Source: Blepharisma stoltei ATCC 30299 (lineage: Eukaryota; Protista; Ciliophora). Taken from it: a DNA stretch of 64,000 nucleotides. Made by a program: the position numbers and the translations under genes. Below, one piece after another: positions 1 to 10,528 of this stretch. Position 1 is the stretch's first letter; each line of letters starts with the position of its first letter. The notes beneath the pieces were generated by a model. That model had not been told where the DNA came from. It did no database searches and saw only the letters and a program-made list of their open reading frames with translations. The stretch is taken from positions 806,001-870,000 of the forward strand of contig CBFDEM010000013.1 of the NCBI GenBank assembly GCA_965603825.1, in the 5' to 3' direction.

Positions 1-1070
1 CCTTTTGCCAATTTTCTTGAAAAATAATTCAGTATCCTATAAGGTAAATACTTCAATACAGGATCAAAGTTTGATACAAGTTTGATATATGTCCTATTTC
101 TATTAATCGGCCTAATCACACACCCAAAAAAATTTACAATCGCTCTCGTTACTTTTCCTTTAGGGGGCAGCTTTACTCCTTTAAATTCATCTTCTTTATC
201 ACAGGAATTTGAAACAATCATAATACATCCATCACTTTTTAATAAATCAGCTCCATATCCATATAAGCACGTTTCTCTTTTTGCAATTCCAGCCACATTA
301 TAATATTGCAAAATAACTTTTCTTGACCTTGCAATTTTTTTTACTAAGGTTGTTTTTTTGCAAAATGGGATCCATAGAGGATATAAATCAGTCTCATACA
401 TTAATGTCAATAAGTTGAAGACAGGCAAGTCAAAAGTTGTTTCTGACATAATCGAGCATGTAGGAGTCCCTGGGACTAACTTGTGGCTGATTTTTATAGC
501 GCCATCATGGTCTGTAATTCATCCTTCAGTATCTTCTAGTTCCTTGTATATTTTTCGTATCGCATTATAGTCATTTTGGATTTCCAATAGTTTAGGAGAA
601 TTTCGCAAATCGATTTTTGATTCGTTTATCAGCTTATTTAGTTCAAAATAAGCACATTGTATTCTATCTTCATAATATAAATTTAAGACGCTTTCAATAG
701 TTGCTTTATTGCTGATTTCAGGCAAACTGTCGTCTTTCTCAAGCTCGATCTCAATTTCTGATTGCAAAGTTTCGTCACATATGATGCTTTCATCTAAAAC
801 TTCACGTATTTGCATCAATTCAAGCTTTGGGGCTTGCGAAATCAAAATTAGTTTGTCATCTGGTGGAGGGTTTATTATATCTTTCCATTGAATCATCCAT
901 GGATCAAGCTGATCCAATATATCTTTAACTTTTTCTATGCCAATTTCATCTTCAAGCTCTTTTTCAGCATCAAGTAAAATCCTTTTAGCCTCTTTTTCTC
1001 TCCCATACCAATAATGGTTTATTCCTTCAGCAATTTGTGAAGCAAAGTGTCTAAGCAAAACATCTCCCAT
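1..1070 (-). CDS. START/SRPBCC lipid-binding domain protein (3' end runs off the window)
   Basis: ATG at 1070 (MGDVLL...). Reading TGA 519-521 as Trp keeps the frame open to base 1: LEDTEG-W-ITDHDG...LMYETDLYPLWIPFC...KLVSNFDPVLKYLPYRILN, which resembles a START domain. Confidence 0.7.
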
Positions 1071-1104
1071 TATTTTTAAATTAATATTGAAATTACTTAA
1101 ACGT

Positions 1105-2625
1105 CTAAGATTCATTGAAGTCTTCAATTTTCTTTAACAAAGTTTCTGCATAGTTTGGAGAATAATAGGAAACGATGTCTCGAGGATATAAATTATTGAT
1201 CGCTTCTTTGTACTCTCTAAGCTTCGTCCCAGGAGGAGCATCAATTTCTTGTACCTTTTGTAGCCCACCGCTCTGCACAAATGTTTTTCTTGCTGCTATA
1301 TCATGAGGTAGAGTTTTTGCGAACTGATTGATAACGTATTTCAATATATTAGGTGGAGCTAATTGTAATAACGGCTCCAAGGCAGGTAAATAAGTACACA
1401 TCTGTACAATGCTCTTAAGGGCTCTTTTTGACTTTGTCTTCAAGTCTTCGCTGCTTTGTTCATCTATATAAGCTGCTAATAAACAATTAGGTACATCTAA
1501 CTCTGCAAGCGCTCTTGCATGATCTGCACTATGTCTCCCAATCTGTCCTAAAGACCATGCAGATGCAGCTTTTATATGATCTTCCCCTTCATTTTTAAGA
1601 GCGTCTTTAAGTGGCGGAATTCCTTTAGAAACAATTACACCCATAGCTAAACTTTCGTCAAAAGCACCGATATAGCCTAATGTCATAATTCCAGGCAGTC
1701 TTGGGTTTCCTTTGACTTCACTTATATAGTCTACTATAGCTGCAGCACCGCCTGCGTTTACTATTAATTTTGCTAAGGCAGGGTTGTGCTTCGCAATTTC
1801 TCTTATGCAGGTCGCAGCATTTTTACGGACATGGGTGTCGACGTCTTTAAGGCAATTGAGAATTCGTGGGAAAATTTCGGCCTCTACAACGGATTCTGCA
1901 AGTTCTGGAGTATGCTTAGCTATTTGTGCTAAACAAGAGCATACTTGGCGTTTAAGCTGAGAGTCGGGATGGTTGATGTATTGGGACAAATGTGGAACTG
2001 CCATAGCGTCAACTATTTTTTGAGCTAAATCGCTAGAGTGACGGGCTATATCACTCAAAGCACTTGCAGCAATTCTCCTAAGAGAAAGCTCTGGCTCCTG
2101 CACACAAAGCACTAAAAGACGTACAGCGTCTCCTTCAACAACACGACTTGCTAATTGGCCGTTATGTCTAGCTATATACCCAAGCGCCCAGGCAGCGCTT
2201 TCTTTTACTCCTGGGTCAAACTCCTCTAGACATGTAACAAGTGCTTCAAGCCCTCCACTATCAGCTATTGCCTGCGCTAGCTCTGCTGAATGTTTTGCGA
2301 CTGCTCTCAGCACAAATGCTGCAGCTTTCTTGTAAAATCGGTTTTGCTCTGCTAAAGATAGCACTAATTGAGGCAAAATCCCATGTGCCACCACCTGTTC
2401 AGCGAGGTCATCTGAATAATTGGCTAATCTCCCAAGGGCTAAGGCTGCTGATTGTTGTATGCTTGGCACATTGTCTAATAGCAAAGGCCTCAACAATGCC
2501 ATCACACCAGCGCTTTGTAAAGCATCAATATTCTGTGGCCGTGTCGCCAGCTCTGCAACTGTTTGAACAAATGTGACTCGAGCTTTTTGGTATTCTTCAA
2601 AAGGCTGAAGGACTGCTCTGCTCAT
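1105..2625 (-). CDS. SPAG6: Axonemal central-apparatus armadillo-repeat protein PF16/SPAG6
   Basis: MSRAVLQPFEEYQKARVTFVQTVAELATRPQNI...AALALGRLANY, armadillo repeats throughout, C-terminal YYSPNYAETLLKKI. 506 aa, TAG stop. Confidence 0.96.
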   Translation of the reverse strand: MSRAVLQPFEEYQKARVTFVQTVAELATRPQNIDALQSAGVMALLRPLLLDNVPSIQQSAALALGRLANYSDDLAEQVVAHGILPQLVLSLAEQNRFYKKAAAFVLRAVAKHSAELAQAIADSGGLEALVTCLEEFDPGVKESAAWALGYIARHNGQLASRVVEGDAVRLLVLCVQEPELSLRRIAASALSDIARHSSDLAQKIVDAMAVPHLSQYINHPDSQLKRQVCSCLAQIAKHTPELAESVVEAEIFPRILNCLKDVDTHVRKNAATCIREIAKHNPALAKLIVNAGGAAAIVDYISEVKGNPRLPGIMTLGYIGAFDESLAMGVIVSKGIPPLKDALKNEGEDHIKAASAWSLGQIGRHSADHARALAELDVPNCLLAAYIDEQSSEDLKTKSKRALKSIVQMCTYLPALEPLLQLAPPNILKYVINQFAKTLPHDIAARKTFVQSGGLQKVQEIDAPPGTKLREYKEAINNLYPRDIVSYYSPNYAETLLKKIEDFNES

Positions 2626-2735
2626 TTTGAAATTAAATAATAAGTTTTCAGATAAAAAACTTAAGAAATTTAGGAAAAATAATCTGATTTTTAGTGAATT
2701 TATGCAGAAAATTTGAAATTAAAAATTGTTAATTA

Positions 2736-3125
2736 ATGAAGCAGCTTGATTGTAAATATCGTGCAAAAACACCAGAAATTCAGAGGGCGACTGTGCAGCT
2801 TATAAACTCTAACCATTATCCTGTCAAACTTCCACAGTTATCAATAACTTCGACACAGCCTTGAAGCACCTATAGAAATACACTGGAAAAGTTGAGGACT
2901 TTTACTGAGGAATTTCAAGAAGCCAAAGATAACAGAATTATTATCCGGCCCCAGAAAAGGAAACTGGCAAAAATCAGCCCTGATTATAAGAAAGAAGATC
3001 CCTATTGAAGATATTTACTAACAACCAGATCTGTCAATGAAGAGCATAATGAGTTTGAGGAGATTTATAAAAGAGTGGAGGTTGATAACTGGAGGCTAAT
3101 GAAATTGAAGATTGTGAGACAATAA
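2736..3125 (+). CDS. Hypothetical protein, 129 aa (not in the ORF track; needs 2 TGA=Trp)
   Basis: ATG 2736 (MKQLDCKYRAKTPE) to TAA 3123-3125 is open when TGA=Trp. Composition looks coding against AT-rich flanks. Divergent from PF16. Confidence 0.6.
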
Positions 3126-3862
3126 TTCAAAGTAATTTTTGCAATTATATGAGGATTAATATAGAAATATTAGTTAAAAATTTTAAGGTTAATTAGAAAA
3201 AATTGATTAAAGAATGAGCAAGTAAATTTCCTGTGGGTAAATAAGATAATTATGAAAATTAAAAGCAATCTTTTGTTAGTTTTAGCTCAGATTTAGGAGG
3301 GATAACTATGGCTTCTCTATTTTATGAATTCTGATACCGATCAAAATTCTTATAATATTGAAATAATCTTGCAATAATCCATTTATAACTGCTATAACTT
3401 TATTATATAACATAATTTTTTCCGAATTTTAAACTGAATCTATTGAAACTGCATATTAGAGGATAGCAATTCCTTATACTTTTAAATCTATCCTCTCTTA
3501 GATTTCATTAAGTATAATTTAAATCTACCATTTATCAAATGATTTTATCATTATTTTATATGGATTATTTCATAATTACTTGAGATCGTTTGCCTTCTCA
3601 ATCTTATCAGATTTATATCGAATGTTTATATTGTTTTACTGATAATATTTTTCATTTTTCTAATATATAATAGGAATCACTTATGATTTTTATATTTCTA
3701 AAAATTCTGAACGATTTTTGTCAGTTTTCTTATTTCTGTCTTGTATTTTTTTAATAATTTTTCAAGATTTTTTTGTGGAATAATAATATAAAATGTCTCT
3801 CGATAAGTAATTCATTTTTTATCTAAATAATTTTGAACTTTTCTATTACTTTCACTATCAGA

Positions 3863-4853
3863 ATGTGTGAACCATATAACAGAAAGAGGGCATTGAAAGC
3901 AAGGGAAAATCCTGCTGATAGCGAGCCTTATAAAAGATTTAAGCGCTCTTCTATGGACGAAGAATGTATATATGATACTACTATCAGCAAGAAATCTGAT
4001 AAAAGAATGGGCGCGGACAGAAAACTTATTAGCCAATATGAGGAAGTATATCTTGAGTTCATCAGCTCAAGAATTTCTCAAAAATCGCTGACTCTTATAA
4101 GAAGAATCGTGCATTCGAAAGAAATCCCAAGCGAAATCAGAGGACAGCCATTATTCAAGTATATTTTGGATGTCTATGAAAAATTGTCACTCAGCGAAAT
4201 TGAGGTAACTGTTTGAGCAATTTATTTAGATAGGTTCGTTTGAAATGACAAAGAGCTTCCCCTTCGTCTGCTTTTAATAATTTCAGCCTATGCTGCAAAA
4301 TCCTACCTTAGCGATACTAAAATTTTCTACGAGTATATATCCTCAAAAATCCAATATCTATAAAAATTGGGTAATCAAGAATTACTGAAACTTTGAAGTC
4401 AGCGGAAAAGAATTGAATATAAAATACACGAGTTTAAGCGAGTCTGTTCTTTCTTGTAAAGAATTCAAAATAATTGAGTACAATTATTATGTCGATGAAA
4501 TTTTACAATCATGCCCTCCTTATCGCCAAGACCTAAAAGAATTAAGTTCTGGATGTGAAGAAGACTGGGATCTTCTTGATTTTGATTTAGATTCATGCTC
4601 TACTAAAGCTTCAAACTCTTTTTCTGAAAGTGTAAGGAGTGAAATCGAGGCTAGAAATTCATATTTCAGCTTTATTAATCAGTTTCCAAATTATTACAAT
4701 TTTGGATATCCTCATATAGTAAATAGTTTGTATATGTTTTATCCGAATGAGGCTTTTTCTTATGAGATGGAAAATTCTGGACATATTCAAGTGCCGCAGC
4801 AGATTTTTAGACCTGTCCCAGTTAGATGTGTCTTTTCTGAAAGGACTGCCTAA
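3863..4853 (+). CDS. Uncharacterised protein with an apparent +1 frameshift near 4345-4363 (possible pseudogene or assembly indel)
   Basis: Frame 1 runs MCEPY...SEIEVTV-W-AIYLDRFV-W-...AYAAKSYLSD...QYL to TAA 4361. The +1 frame continues IYKNWVIKNY-W-NFEVSGKELNIKYTSLS...DEILQSCPPY to TAA 4853. Confidence 0.5.
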
Positions 4854-5057
4854 GGTCTCATTTAAAGTTAGATAACTTTATTCATTTAAATTATAAAGAA
4901 TGATTAATTATAATAATATTATGCGTTTTTCATTGTTAAGATGGATTTGGCATATTTTAGAATATTTATAAGAATTTTCTATTAATAATACATCAAAATT
5001 TAAATTGTTATCAATAAATGAGCTAGACTATTTTAAGTTATCCTTTAAGAATTTTCA

Positions 5058-6237
5058 CTAATCGCTTCCATATAAAATATATATGGACACTACATTAAAT
5101 ATAGACAAAGGCAATGCTACTATCATATACTGGATCAAGTAAATTTTTGATATATTTTCTACTTGATTACCATGATTTGTGCAAATAATCAAAATTTGCT
5201 TTGAAGTTGGAGCTGCATAAACGGCTATCATCATAATAGCTAAAATCCTGTCCTATATATTTTTTACTATAAATCCAATTGTGTAAAATAATGTGAACAT
5301 TGAAATTCCTATTAATGGCATGATAATTAATTTCCCCAAATTTATCATCCAGATATGAATTCTATATAAAAGCCACCATTTTATGTCAGCTGTTGGAGGA
5401 TATCCTTCACTTAGATTTGAACCTAAAATAATACAAATTAATGGAGTTGTCATTGCCCCTGTATCTTGAACGGCTGAAAATACATTTTTTTTCAATACTG
5501 AGCCTGACCCAGATATCACATATTCTTTCATATAAGGAATCAGTGCTAAAATTATAGCAATAATAGCTACATATATCGGCGGATTCATAATATTTTTTAT
5601 TTTATAAATCCAATCTTCTCTTTTTACTAAAATTTTTTCATTTTTTTCTGTCATATCTAAAAGCTCTGATTCAATGTTATTATCTTGATCCTCTTTTTTA
5701 AGCATCCTATATATATTTTACCCATATGCAATTATTCATTTGTATATTGTTATAAAGACTGTATACACTAATACATCGGTAACCGCACGATTTTTAAAAT
5801 GACTCTCAGTCACAACGCTGCTTTCTCCCAGCACATTTGCATAAACTAATGAAAAAGCTAAAGTTTCCTGAACACCTATACAGCACATCATTAATTTTTT
5901 AATTTCATTATTTGCGTTTGTTAGGGTGCCTAAAAGTCACCCGATTCCTGAGCCAGCAAACATATGGACTAAATAAAATTTTACAAGTGGCAAATATGAA
6001 AATAATTCCAAAATTTTCCAGTTCAGAAATGGTTACTGATTTTATCATGTCACAAAATAATAAGCAAGGTAAAATCAAATTTATGACCAGCTTTGAAATT
6101 CTATTTGATGTTTCTATTGTGAGGATCTATATAAAATGTACTTTTAACCTGGTTAATAACACTCCAAAAAATATCATAACGAACACAATTACTGTAGAGT
6201 CAATAGTCACAATAATCGAGTCAAGGATGATGGCCAT
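5058..6237 (-). CDS. Auxin-efflux-carrier/PILS-like multi-pass membrane transporter (Mem_trans family), ~367 aa, 5 tiny introns
   Basis: The spliced reading gives SKLVINLILPCLLF, MNPPIYVAIIAIILALIP, PLICIILGSNLSEG, KLIIMPLIG and AAPTS. Introns at 6127-6141, 5969-5984, 5707-5721, 5362-5376 and 5253-5267; TGA=Trp; TAG stop. Confidence 0.8.
5253..5267 (-). other. 15-nt spliceosomal intron
   Basis: GTAAAAAATATATAG. Removal bypasses an in-frame TAG and restores the C-terminal TM segments. Confidence 0.85.
5362..5376 (-). other. Probable 15-nt intron with GTG donor (no in-frame stop)
   Basis: GTGGCTTTTATATAG has TA at -7/-6 like the other introns. It is not needed for frame, so less certain. Confidence 0.55.
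5707..5721 (-). other. 15-nt spliceosomal intron
   Basis: GTAAAATATATATAG; retention gives an in-frame TAA. Confidence 0.85.
5969..5984 (-). other. 16-nt spliceosomal intron
   Basis: GTAAAATTTTATTTAG; removal restores the frame. Confidence 0.85.
6127..6141 (-). other. 15-nt spliceosomal intron
   Basis: GTACATTTTATATAG; retention gives an in-frame TAG. Confidence 0.85.
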
Positions 6238-6289
6238 TTTAATATTATTTCAATTTTAAATTCAGATATATCAATTATTTATTAATTAA

Positions 6290-7399
6290 TTAATTTTCTT
6301 CCTCTAACAAAGAGTCTAAAGGATCTTCTTCATCTGAACCGATTTGCTCTAATGGGTCGTCATTTTGCTTTTTCCCACTAAGAGGATTTTCGCCTGTCGA
6401 AAGACTGAAATCCCATCCTCCCGAGCCAGAACTCATATTCCCAAGACTTTGGTCTCTATCAACCTTTCTATCTTTCGGCAACTTTACAAGTGTTTCAAGC
6501 CTCGGCAGATCAGCACACATATGCGTCCTTATATATTCCACCCCTTTCGCTTTATTAAAAAACTTTTTTCTTAACAAACTTTCAGCAGTTGGCCTTAATT
6601 CTGGCTCTTTCTGCAGACATAAATTTATCATTTCTTTAAAAGAAGCGTCAAACTCTTCATCTTCATCGAGTGAAGGTGGATCATTGCTAATAATCATAAG
6701 CATAACTTTCATAGCTGGATGCCCAGCATATGGTGGTCTTCCTTTAGCTAGTTCAATAGCGGTTATTCCGAAGCTTCATATGTCGACTTTATTTGTATAT
6801 GCCACATTCCCTCCTGATTCTACCACTTCTGGAGCCATTCAGCATGGGCTGCCTGCAAAAGTCCTTGCACTCATACCCTGTCTAAGTTTGGCAGCGACCC
6901 CAAAATCGCCTAATAAAATTTGCCCACTTCGACTTACCAGGATGTTCCCAGCTTTGATATCACGGTGAATTTGGTTGTTTTGGTGGAAGTAATAGATGCC
7001 TTCAAGGACTTCTCGGAGAATAGAAGCTAATAAGACTTGATCTTTGATGCCTTCTTGATATCTGTGTTTTAATAGGTTTCCGACACTTCCACCTTCAAGT
7101 AGAGGCATTACCATCCAAAGCTGCCTGCCAGATAAGAAGCATACATGATAACTTAAAACATTTTGATGAGATGATAGCCTCATGATTTGTATTTCTTTCC
7201 TAATTTCTTCAATATTACTATCAGGATAGTTTTCCAGCTCAATTACTTTAATTGCTACTTTTTCTCCAGCGTTTGGACCTTCCAATGCTGCAGCAGCATA
7301 CACCTACCTAGTAGTTACGGTCCCAAAAGATCCATATCCAATAGGAGCTTCTAGTTCATAGCCAGATTCTGACAAAGGCCAAGTATTAGCATACTGCAT
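6290..7399 (-). CDS. STE20-family Ser/Thr kinase (OSR1/SPAK/Fray-like), ~364 aa
   Basis: IGYGSFGT|VY across intron 7304-7318, then VAIK, HRDIKAGNIL, GDFGV, GSPC-W(TGA)-MAPEV and KVDI-W(TGA)-SFGITAIELA. Confidence 0.92.
7304..7318 (-). other. 15-nt spliceosomal intron
   Basis: GTAACTACTAGGTAG; removal completes the kinase GxGxxGxV loop. Confidence 0.93.
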
Positions 7400-7422
7400 T
7401 ATTAAATAAGAGTTAAATAAAG

Positions 7423-8391
7423 TTACCAATCTAAAAATGGGTCATCTGAGGCTCGTATCGGCGGAGACAAAGTAGCGGAGTCTGGGTAATTTCCAAAATT
7501 GGTGGTGTCACTAGGGGAGCTGACCCTTGGTTTATATGGCATATCAAGTGATTTCAGAAGAAGTCTTGACCAGTCAAAACCTGAAAACCATCTATGGTTT
7601 TTGATATCATTTGAGCCGCCTTTAAGATTCCCATAACGCTTGGAGAGGTCGATCACTACTAAATGCTTTACAAGGCTTCTAGCATCTGTGTCAAAATTCC
7701 TTGGGAATTTTATTTTGCACTTGAGGATTTTTTGATAAATCGCCATAGGATCTTCATCACTAAAAGGGTCGATTCCTGCAAGCATTTCATAAAGAAAAAT
7801 CCCAAGTGTCCACCAATCCACTGCTTTCCCATGTCCTTTATTTAGTAAAATTTCAGGCGCTATATACTCAGGCGTCCCACACAAAGTATAAGTCCTCCCT
7901 TCCACCCTCTTGGCAAACCCAAAATCTGTTAGCTTCAAATACCCATCGGCAGCTATTAATAAATTCTCAGGCTTAAGATCTCTATAAATAATATTCATCC
8001 GGTGCAAATACTCAAACATTTGGACTATTTGTGCAGCATAAAGTTTCGCATGATTGTTGTCGAGCTTTATGACACTGCGCAAATATGTAAATAGTTCGCC
8101 TCCTTGAATAAACTCTAATGCGAAATATAAGTAGCTCTCATCTTGAGTGTAGCCTATAAGGTTTACTAGAAATGGGTGGTTTATTTGGCGAAGGATTGCA
8201 AACTCTGAATTTACGTGATCGACTTGTTTTAGTTTTACAATGTCGAATTTCTTGAGGATTTTTAACGCAACGAACCGGTTGGTTGATTTCATTCTTGCGA
8301 GCTTTACCCTGCCAAATGAGCCTGTCTAGGGGATACCTGTTCCTAAGGTTTGGAGAATTTCAAGTTCAGAAAGCTGCATTCTTCTTGCCAT
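7423..8391 (-). CDS. PKA-C: cAMP-dependent protein kinase catalytic subunit, ~317 aa
   Basis: LGTGSFGRVKL after removing intron 8322-8336, then KLKQVDHV, YRDLKPENLL, DFGFAKRV, RTYTLCGTPEYIAPEI and GHGKAVDWW. Confidence 0.95.
8322..8336 (-). other. 15-nt spliceosomal intron
   Basis: GTATCCCCTAGACAG; removal restores LGTGSFGRV, and retention gives an in-frame TAG. Confidence 0.93.
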
Positions 8392-8710
8392 TTTGGAAAA
8401 TTATTTATAAAAATGGACTCATTTTCAGGTTATGTTTGTTTTTTTATTATTGTAGTGAATAAATTGAAATTAGAATTTTTTAGTTACCTTAGGAATTTGG
8501 TTAGAAAATTAAAAAAAAGGAAGTTTTGGTATATTATAGATAGAATTTTATAATTAGTTTTCAATATAATAAGAATATACAGAAAAATACATAAAATCTG
8601 TCTTATTGATGATCAGCAGTTATTTTTAGGTCCTTATTAAATAATTTTAATTGAGGATTTATTGAAAATAAAGATAATTGTTAAAGTTTATCAATAATAA
8701 AACATTACGT

Positions 8711-9061
8711 TTACTTAGGAGCTAGCTTTTCTTCCAACTTTCCTTTTTTACAAATAGCAATAAAAATAGGCAGCCTCTGCTTTAAAGCAGGCACATGCTT
8801 AAATTGGCACCTATCTCCATATACGCAAAAACCTGTCTCTGAAAAGCTTTTGCATTGCTGAGGCATTTGGATGAATTTCTTTCTCAGCTCTTCTTTTCCA
8901 TGGGCGAACATGCAATTATCACCGAAATGGCATTGGCTATTAAGCCAATTTTTGCATATCTCCGTTTTGTATTTGACTCTTAGGTCTTGCTCAATTGGTT
9001 TTCTGAACGAAAAAATTGAAAATTCAGGTGCTTGATAGTCTAAACGGGTTGAAATCAACAT
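8711..9061 (-). CDS. TIS11/ZFP36-like tandem CCCH zinc-finger RNA-binding protein
   Basis: KYKTEICKNW...CHFGDNCMFAHGKEELR and CKSFSETGFCVYGDRCQFKH. Confidence 0.85.
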   Translation of the reverse strand: MLISTRLDYQAPEFSIFSFRKPIEQDLRVKYKTEICKNWLNSQCHFGDNCMFAHGKEELRKKFIQMPQQCKSFSETGFCVYGDRCQFKHVPALKQRLPIFIAICKKGKLEEKLAPK

Positions 9062-9481
9062 TTATAACCAAACGTCCATATTTAGGCCAAATGTTCTAGA
9101 ATTCATCACGAAATAATAAAATAAAATTTAAGCTTCTTTTATTGTTTTTCTATTATATTTCTGCATTGACTTAACCATAAAAGTAATATAAAAAGGTTTA
9201 ATTGTAAGCATGATGCTTCTCAGTTCATTTATTTTTTCTTGAATTTAATAATTATAATGCCAAAATATCTTTTATTTGATTTATCTTTATTTTTATTTTT
9301 TGTATTATTTTTAGAATTATTAATTTCCCCTCTTATAGAAGATCTTGTAAATTTCATAAAGCTATAAATGTATAAAGGTATAGATATATAAAGAGGATCT
9401 ACTTTAAGTAATAAAAAGTGTGCTTAAATTAAAATTAAAATTTTAAAAATTATTCAGTCAAAAGCAAAAATAATTAGCCGA

Positions 9482-10045
9482 TTATCTTTTTAAAATCCTC
9501 CACGAATAAGTATGCAGAGACCTCAAATAATTGTCATACCTCCCTTTAAATCCTGTAATTGCCTTTTTATCCTCAATTAGGCTAACTGTTTTTGTTTCTG
9601 GACCTTTTCCTTTGGTTCCTTCAACATAAATTTCTCTTTCTTTTAACGTCTTCATTTTTACAGAGTAGATAAATCCGTTCCCATATGTAATTTCAATCCA
9701 AATTATACTATCAAATCCATTCATAACTGCTTTATGGACAACTTGTCCAGGATTTTTATTATAATGTTTAAGCAGCTTGCTTGCCCCATCAATATAATAC
9801 CCAACTTCGAACCCAACGACATATTCTTGGGTAACGAAGTTTATTTCTTTCAAATGCATTATTTGGCTTTGCTTGATAAATTCTCTGTCATCAAAATATG
9901 TTTCACCTTGAACAGAAATAAATCCGGTGGGAGGGAAATTCTGAGGCATATTTGGGTCGTTTCCTAAAATTGTAATGCTTTGCGAGCTTATGTCTGCACT
10001 ATATATAGGTTTTTGAGGTCCACGGTATGTTGCTCCACAGCCCAT
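9482..10045 (-). CDS. Putative N-acylated jacalin-like (beta-prism) protein
   Basis: N-terminal MGCG (myristoylation/palmitoylation-type). C-terminal AITGFKGRYDNYLRSL resembles the jacalin GFxGR motif. Confidence 0.55.
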   Translation of the reverse strand: MGCGATYRGPQKPIYSADISSQSITILGNDPNMPQNFPPTGFISVQGETYFDDREFIKQSQIMHLKEINFVTQEYVVGFEVGYYIDGASKLLKHYNKNPGQVVHKAVMNGFDSIIWIEITYGNGFIYSVKMKTLKEREIYVEGTKGKGPETKTVSLIEDKKAITGFKGRYDNYLRSLHTYSWRILKR

Positions 10046-10528
10046 TTAATGATTATTTTACAGCCTTATATTTAGAATTTATTATATTCATCTTCTGATC
10101 TATGCTGAGAAGAATATTTGAAAAATTTAATACACAAGAAGAGACAATGGAATAAAAATAATTCAAATAATTTTTATGATTTTTGTGAAGTGGAATGCTG
10201 TTAAATTATATAAATAATTAAAGCACCAAGCATATTGCTATGCAATTATCAGTAAAATAAGAATGAACTGAAACGTCTGAGAAGCTCAAAAATGGCACAA
10301 GAGACCTTGGATTAATTTTTTTCAAACTATAAAAATCAATTAATAGCTTGAGCGAATTCAGATCTTATGTAGAACACTTTCAGTAAAATTCAATTATTGG
10401 CATAATATTCTTATAATGCACACTTATTTTCAAAGTAAAAGTTATTTAATTAAGCAAAATTATAAAGGAATTTCATTTTTATTCAAGATAATTTAATTTA
10501 AAATAAGAAAAATATTAATTGTGAATTA

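Noticed and set aside
1071-1127. Apparent overlap of ORF 519..1127 with the PF16 3' end
   Set aside because: The extension crosses the AT-rich spacer; ATG 1070 (MGDV) is the more plausible start.
3807-3861. 55-nt GT-AG intron as a feature
   Set aside because: Its length and the missing A at -6 disagree with all 17 supported introns. Left only as an alternative in the findings.
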